DNA of 64,000 nt from Candidatus Bathyarchaeota archaeon (GTDB lineage Archaea > Thermoproteota > Bathyarchaeia > Bathyarchaeales > Bathycorpusculaceae). Positions within the stretch are counted from its first letter, which is position 1, and the number at the start of each line of letters is the position of its first letter. The translations under genes were made by a program, and so were the position numbers. Positions 59,355-64,000 of the stretch are shown in pieces. The notes under the pieces are model-generated. The model searched no databases, was not told where the DNA came from, and saw nothing but the letters and a program-made list of their open reading frames with translations. The DNA is taken from NCBI GenBank assembly GCA_963767735.1, contig CAVYES010000002.1, forward strand, positions 128,001 through 192,000. The letters run 5' to 3'.

Positions 59355-60359
59355 ATGTCAGAGATTATTAAAGTAGAGAATCTTGTTGAAGTTTACTCTG
59401 ACGGCACAAAAGCCGTTGATGACATCTCCTTCAGCATTAAGGAAGGAGAGTTCTTTGGTTTTCTAGGACCAAACGGCGCAGGAAAAAGTACAACAATCAA
59501 GATTCTGACAACGCTTCTTAGAAAGACATCTGGAACCGTTACCGTCGCAGGATATGACCTTGTGAAGCAAGCAGCCGATATCCGCAAGATCATCGGTGTT
59601 GAAAGCCAGGATACAACTGTTGATGGCGACTTGACTGGCAGGGAAAACATAGAGCTTCAAGGGCATTTTCACCAGATGAACCCAGACGACATCAAAAAAC
59701 GGGTACCCGAGCTTCTGGGCCTAGTAGGCCTTGAAGAAGCAGCCGACAGACGCGCCCGAAACTACTCCGGCGGCATGAAAAAACGCCTCGACCTCGCCAC
59801 TGCCCTAGTTCACAAACCCAAAATCCTATTTTTAGATGAACCGACAACAGGTTTAGATCCGCAATCGCGAGCGGCTATTTGGAGTTATCTGGAAAAATTA
59901 AACAAGGAAGAAGGCATAACCATTTTCTTAACGACCCAGTACCTAGAAGAAGCCGACAAACTATGCAAAAGACTCTCCATAATCGACACTGGAAAAATAG
60001 TTGCAAGCGGCTCCCCTGCTGAGCTTAAACGCGAAGTAGGTGCGGACTCTATTAGAATTTCGTTTGAAAACTGCCAGAGAGACAACGCTAAGGCCAAAGA
60101 GCTGTTAAAAACAATGACAGACGTCACCGAAATAATGGATTCAGAGGAATGCCTAACAGTTTACGCCAAGAACGCTGGTTTGCTAATAGCTGATATTGTG
60201 AGAGCATTAGACAGCAGCGACATTCGAATTGCCTCAGTAACGTTTTCCTCGCCTTCGCTGGATGATGTTTTCATGAAGCACACGGGCAAGCGAATAAGAG
60301 CAGAAGACTTTGTAAAAGCGCCAAGCGCCATGGCTGGAAGATTTGGTGGAAGGAGATAA
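59355..60359 (+). CDS. ABC-2 ATP-binding protein (DrrA-like)
   Basis: GPNGAGKST, YSGGM, LDEPT, TTQY, SLDDVF. Confidence 0.93.
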   Translation: MSEIIKVENLVEVYSDGTKAVDDISFSIKEGEFFGFLGPNGAGKSTTIKILTTLLRKTSGTVTVAGYDLVKQAADIRKIIGVESQDTTVDGDLTGRENIELQGHFHQMNPDDIKKRVPELLGLVGLEEAADRRARNYSGGMKKRLDLATALVHKPKILFLDEPTTGLDPQSRAAIWSYLEKLNKEEGITIFLTTQYLEEADKLCKRLSIIDTGKIVASGSPAELKREVGADSIRISFENCQRDNAKAKELLKTMTDVTEIMDSEECLTVYAKNAGLLIADIVRALDSSDIRIASVTFSSPSLDDVFMKHTGKRIRAEDFVKAPSAMAGRFGGRR

Positions 60360-60364
60360 CAAAA

Positions 60365-61138
60365 ATGACCTTACTTTCTGATACTAGTTACATATTCGTA
60401 AGATATATGAAAAAACTTGTTCGAACCCCCATCCTGCTTTTCTTTTCCCTCTTTCAACCTCTTCTATTCCTCTTGCTATTCACGCAGCTATTAGGAAGGC
60501 TTTCCAGTTTTCCAGGAGTACTTCCAACAGGAGTAACTTATCTGGAGTTTGCGGCTGCTGGAATCGTGATGCAAAACGCTTTTGGAAGCGCGCTGCAGTC
60601 AGGAAACTCAATAGTGGCTGACATCGATTCAGGGTTTTTGCAGAAAATGCTCGTGACACCACTGAGTCGTCCAGCAATTCTACTCGGCAGATTAAGCAGT
60701 GACGCCTTTAGGGTAGTTATCCAGACAGCCATAATTCTCGCGTTAGCATACGCTTTAGGTGCCCACGTAACCACGGGAGTTGTTGGAATTTTGCTTATCT
60801 TCTTCACTCTTGCGTTCTTTGGGCTTGCATGGTCAGGAATCTCTTTGGCGATAGGCATGAAGACGAGAAGTTCCGAGACGGTTTTCGCGATAGGAGGAGT
60901 AATCACTTTCCCGCTGCTGTTTCTTAGTCCAGCGCTGTTCCCCCTTAGTTTTCTCCCCAAATGGGTGCAAGATGTATCAATGTTTAACCCTGTAAGCTAT
61001 TGCGTTACCGCAACTCGAGCGCTAATGATCAACGGCTATCAATGGAGCACGATACTTCCTGCGTGGGGCGTAATCGGGCTGGTCGCCATTGTAACGTTAA
61101 GCGCCACACTCTACCAATTCAGAAAAGTAGTCAGCTAA
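60365..61138 (+). CDS. ABC-2 permease (DrrB-like)
   Basis: QP, DIDSGFL.KMLVTP, NPVSY; about six TM helices. Confidence 0.9.
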   Translation: MTLLSDTSYIFVRYMKKLVRTPILLFFSLFQPLLFLLLFTQLLGRLSSFPGVLPTGVTYLEFAAAGIVMQNAFGSALQSGNSIVADIDSGFLQKMLVTPLSRPAILLGRLSSDAFRVVIQTAIILALAYALGAHVTTGVVGILLIFFTLAFFGLAWSGISLAIGMKTRSSETVFAIGGVITFPLLFLSPALFPLSFLPKWVQDVSMFNPVSYCVTATRALMINGYQWSTILPAWGVIGLVAIVTLSATLYQFRKVVS

Positions 61139-61307
61139 AACCTAACGCATCACAGAGGAAACTGACGCATCCGCACAGCGGCGTGGCCAACCGCTCAATT
61201 TCACTTCATTGTTAGATTGTGAAGGGTCAAGCTGGGAGTAATTTGGATTTTTAAAAATATTGAATCGAAGTGTTAACTTGTGGCTGAATCAGTTACTTTT
61301 GAACCTA

Positions 61308-61526
61308 TGAGTTTAGAAGAGCTTAGACGGTTTTTTGAAGAAAATAAAGCCAAATATCATGAAATTTGGGTAATCATAACCAACAAGAAAGCTGCAAATC
61401 CTCAGCTTGTTTTCTTTTGATCAAGTTGTAAGAGAAGCAAGAAAGCAGGGGCTGATTGACAGCCGCATAAGAAATGTGGATGAGAAACGGTATATGGTCC
61501 GCTTGACGAAAAGAATTAAAGCCTAA
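61308..61526 (+). pseudogene. YdeI/OmdA-like N-terminal domain, frameshifted in a T-run near 61412
   Basis: EELRRFFEEN...EIWV..KK...VSFDQVV.EA...GLIDS......Y.VRLTKR after removing one T. Confidence 0.55.
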
Positions 61527-61613
61527 ATGCCTTTAAATCGAAGAGAAAATGTACTAAGTTTTTAAGTTCAACGCCCACATTAAAATAGCAAATAATAGGA
61601 AGATGACCACGAT

Positions 61614-62702
61614 TTGGACATAGAGAAGAAAATTGAGTTAATCTGTAGACCGCCAACGGAAGAAGTGGTTACGCCGGAGGATTTGCGCGCCCTTTTGGAA
61701 GTCGAGGAGCATCCTGTGGCTTATAATGGTTGGGAGCCTTCTGGTTTGGCGCATTTGGGAACAGGTGTTATTTGCGCTTACAAAATGAAAGATTTCGCGG
61801 AAGCAGGTTTGCATTTTAAAGCGTTTTTGGCAACGTGGCACGCGTGGTTAAACAACAAGTTAGGTGGCGATTTAACTCTTATTCGTAAAGCCGCTGACCT
61901 TTTTAGGCATTCGTGGCTTGCGCTAGGTGTGCCCGGCGATAAGGTTGAGTTCGTTTATTCTGATGAGCTCTACAGAGACATTGATTACTGGGCTAAAACG
62001 GTGATTATCGCTAAGAACTTGACGTTGGCGAGGACCACACGAACCCTTGAAATTGCTGGAAGAAAAGAAGGCGAAGCCCACTACGTCTCCGATTACCTCT
62101 ACACTCCCATGCAGGTTGCCGACATTTTCGAGATGAAAGTTAAGATATGCCAGTTAGGCATGGATCAAAGAAAAGCAAACATGGTGGCAAGGGAAATAGG
62201 AGAGAAAATCGGCTGTTGGAAACCCGTTTGCATCCATCACCATTTACTGCAGGGTTTGGAGAAGCCAAATGTTTGGCCGATTCCAGAGGGTCAAGAGAGG
62301 GAAGCGGTCGCATCAGCGAAGATGTCGAAGAGCAAGCCTCAAACATGCATATTCATCTACGACACACCAGAGGAAATCAAGCAGAAAATGTCGAAAGCTT
62401 TCTGTCCAGAAAAAACCGTCAAATTCAACCCGATAATAGACATTTGCAAATACATAGTTTTCCGCGAAAAATCAGCTTTCAGAATTGAGCGGCCAGCCAA
62501 ATTCGGGGGAAGCATCGAGTTCGGAAGCTTCCAAGAACTTGAATGCGCTTATTCAGAGGGCAAACTGCATCCTATGGACCTTAAAAACGGCGTTGCAGCC
62601 GAACTTGCAAACACATTAGAGCCTGTTAGACGATACTTCGCAAATAACAATGAAGCCAAAGACTGCTTGGAAACGTTGCGGCAAGCCAAGATAACAAGGT
62701 AA
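61614..62702 (+). CDS. tyrS: Tyrosyl-tRNA synthetase (archaeal)
   Basis: YNGWEPSG.AHLGT (HIGH-like), YTPMQVAD, GMDQRK, KMSKS, LHPMDLK. Confidence 0.96.
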   Translation: MDIEKKIELICRPPTEEVVTPEDLRALLEVEEHPVAYNGWEPSGLAHLGTGVICAYKMKDFAEAGLHFKAFLATWHAWLNNKLGGDLTLIRKAADLFRHSWLALGVPGDKVEFVYSDELYRDIDYWAKTVIIAKNLTLARTTRTLEIAGRKEGEAHYVSDYLYTPMQVADIFEMKVKICQLGMDQRKANMVAREIGEKIGCWKPVCIHHHLLQGLEKPNVWPIPEGQEREAVASAKMSKSKPQTCIFIYDTPEEIKQKMSKAFCPEKTVKFNPIIDICKYIVFREKSAFRIERPAKFGGSIEFGSFQELECAYSEGKLHPMDLKNGVAAELANTLEPVRRYFANNNEAKDCLETLRQAKITR

Positions 62703-62706
62703 AACC

Positions 62707-63117
62707 GTGTCCACAAAACTTAAAGAAAAAGAAGAAAAAATCCAGCAAATCATAACCAAGCTGGCAGAAGAGTCAGCGAAGGGCAAGCCGATAGTTGTTG
62801 AAGGCAAAAAAGACGAGCAGGCACTCCGCATTTTAGGAGTAAACGGCATAATTGTGACGGTGAAAACCGGCGGCAAATCCTTCCTTGACGTAACAACAGA
62901 AATAGAAACGCTTGGTACCCAAGAAGTCATTTTGCTCTTAGATTTTGACAGACGCGGCAAAGAAGGCACCCTACGCTTGCAACGCGACATGGAGCGGTCA
63001 AAAATCAAGATAAACGTTCAGTTTTGGCGTGAACTGCGAGCGTTGGCTGGACGAGAAATGCAATGCATTGAAAGCGTAACTTCCTACTTGAGTACGCTTC
63101 AGGAAAAAACCACGTAA
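62707..63117 (+). CDS. Small TOPRIM-domain protein
   Basis: IVVEGKKD..AL..LG and LLDFDRRG. Confidence 0.88.
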   Translation: MSTKLKEKEEKIQQIITKLAEESAKGKPIVVEGKKDEQALRILGVNGIIVTVKTGGKSFLDVTTEIETLGTQEVILLLDFDRRGKEGTLRLQRDMERSKIKINVQFWRELRALAGREMQCIESVTSYLSTLQEKTT

Positions 63118-63327
63118 CCACCCAATTTTGACAAAGAAATTCGTCAACAAAATTGATACCTACCCCGCTTCTTACGACTGAAACGACCAAGCAAAACCAT
63201 ACCCATTAGCGCTCTCAAGGCAAATTCAACGTGCAGTGCACCCGTCTTATAAGAATAAAACTTTCGTCTTTTCAGTTAGGGAACTGTTTTTATAAACCGC
63301 CCGGCTTTTAAGTATTGGCGAAATTTT

Positions 63328-63906
63328 ATGGTTACAAATCCTGTTTTAGAAGCGATTAAATCTAGGCGAGCAATTCGCAGTTACGAAGATAAAGCAGTTC
63401 CCGAGTCTGCAATCCAAAAAATCCTTGAAGCTGCAACCTATGCTCCTTCAGCCATTAACGTTCAACCTTGGAAATTCACAATAGTCACCAATAAAGATGA
63501 AATGAAACAAATCTCTGATGTGGCGAAACCCGCGTTGATTCGGATGTTGCCTGACGTAGGCGACGAAGGGTTAGTTGGCTTAAAAAAACAGCTGTCAAAT
63601 CCAAACTACAATATTTTCTACAATGCCCCGGTCTTGATTTTTGTTTCTGGAGCTAAATCTCCCTATGTAGTTTATGACTGCTCCATGGCAGCGCAAAACA
63701 TGATGCTAATCGCCTACACTCTGGGGATTGGAAGCTGCTGGATAGGCACCGCGGTTCCCGCTGCTAACTACCCAAAAATTAAACCGACCCTTGGCATACC
63801 AGAAGACCATGACGTCCACGCCGCAGTCATCTTCGGTTACCCGAAAGGCGGCTTTCCAAAAGCTCCACCTAAGCGTCCAGCCCAGATTCTCAAACGCATC
63901 GAATAG
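63328..63906 (+). CDS. Nitroreductase family protein
   Basis: IKSRRAIRSY, APSA.N.QPW.F, AAQNMML.A..LGIGSCWIG. Confidence 0.93.
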   Translation: MVTNPVLEAIKSRRAIRSYEDKAVPESAIQKILEAATYAPSAINVQPWKFTIVTNKDEMKQISDVAKPALIRMLPDVGDEGLVGLKKQLSNPNYNIFYNAPVLIFVSGAKSPYVVYDCSMAAQNMMLIAYTLGIGSCWIGTAVPAANYPKIKPTLGIPEDHDVHAAVIFGYPKGGFPKAPPKRPAQILKRIE

Positions 63907-63916
63907 AGGAAATCAG

Positions 63917-64000
63917 ATGGATGTCAAAGGAAAAGTTGCCATTGTTACGGGTGCGTCTCGTGGAATCGGATTAGCTACAGCCAAAATTCTATCCAGCAAA
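63917..64000 (+). CDS. Short-chain dehydrogenase/reductase (3' truncated by window edge)
   Basis: MDVKGKVAIVTGASRGIG Rossmann motif. Confidence 0.85.
   Translation, partial: MDVKGKVAIVTGASRGIGLATAKILSSK

Overview
Archaeal chromosomal segment, most likely Bathyarchaeia. The lineage is an inference from archaeal DnaG, a PolB3-type polymerase, TFS, NurA/HerA, archaeal TyrRS, a tRNA with a bulge-helix-bulge (BHB) intron and PEF-CTERM-type surface proteins. Housekeeping genes (dnaG, polB, pyrH, tfs, msrA, tyrS) are mixed with five ABC transporter modules, redox/stress genes and accessory DNA-processing genes. The strongest candidate for an undescribed system is at 15.2-19.7 kb. There a DUF2400/HhH-like domain with a degenerate PLDTH motif is fused to a PD-(D/E)XK nuclease, convergent on a stand-alone nurA-herA pair whose divergent promoter (shared with an HTH gene) has three nested symmetry elements. 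Other points of interest: a PolB with eroded proofreading motifs; a 1452-aa Dna2-like Fe-S nuclease/SF1 helicase; a decayed head-tail provirus (portal and prohead protease) carrying surface-protein cargo; two different tRNA-Gly(GCC) genes flanking a mosaic of HsdR, PolB2 and DUF72 fragments; five GTCAA motifs at exact 10-bp spacing; an unannotated 59-aa desulforedoxin-like protein; and sharp local AC/GT strand-skew switches. About ten small frameshifts and two in-frame TGA stops may be assembly errors or real decay. No CRISPR array, rRNA or intact mobile element was found. All family assignments come from motif recognition by eye, not from database searches.
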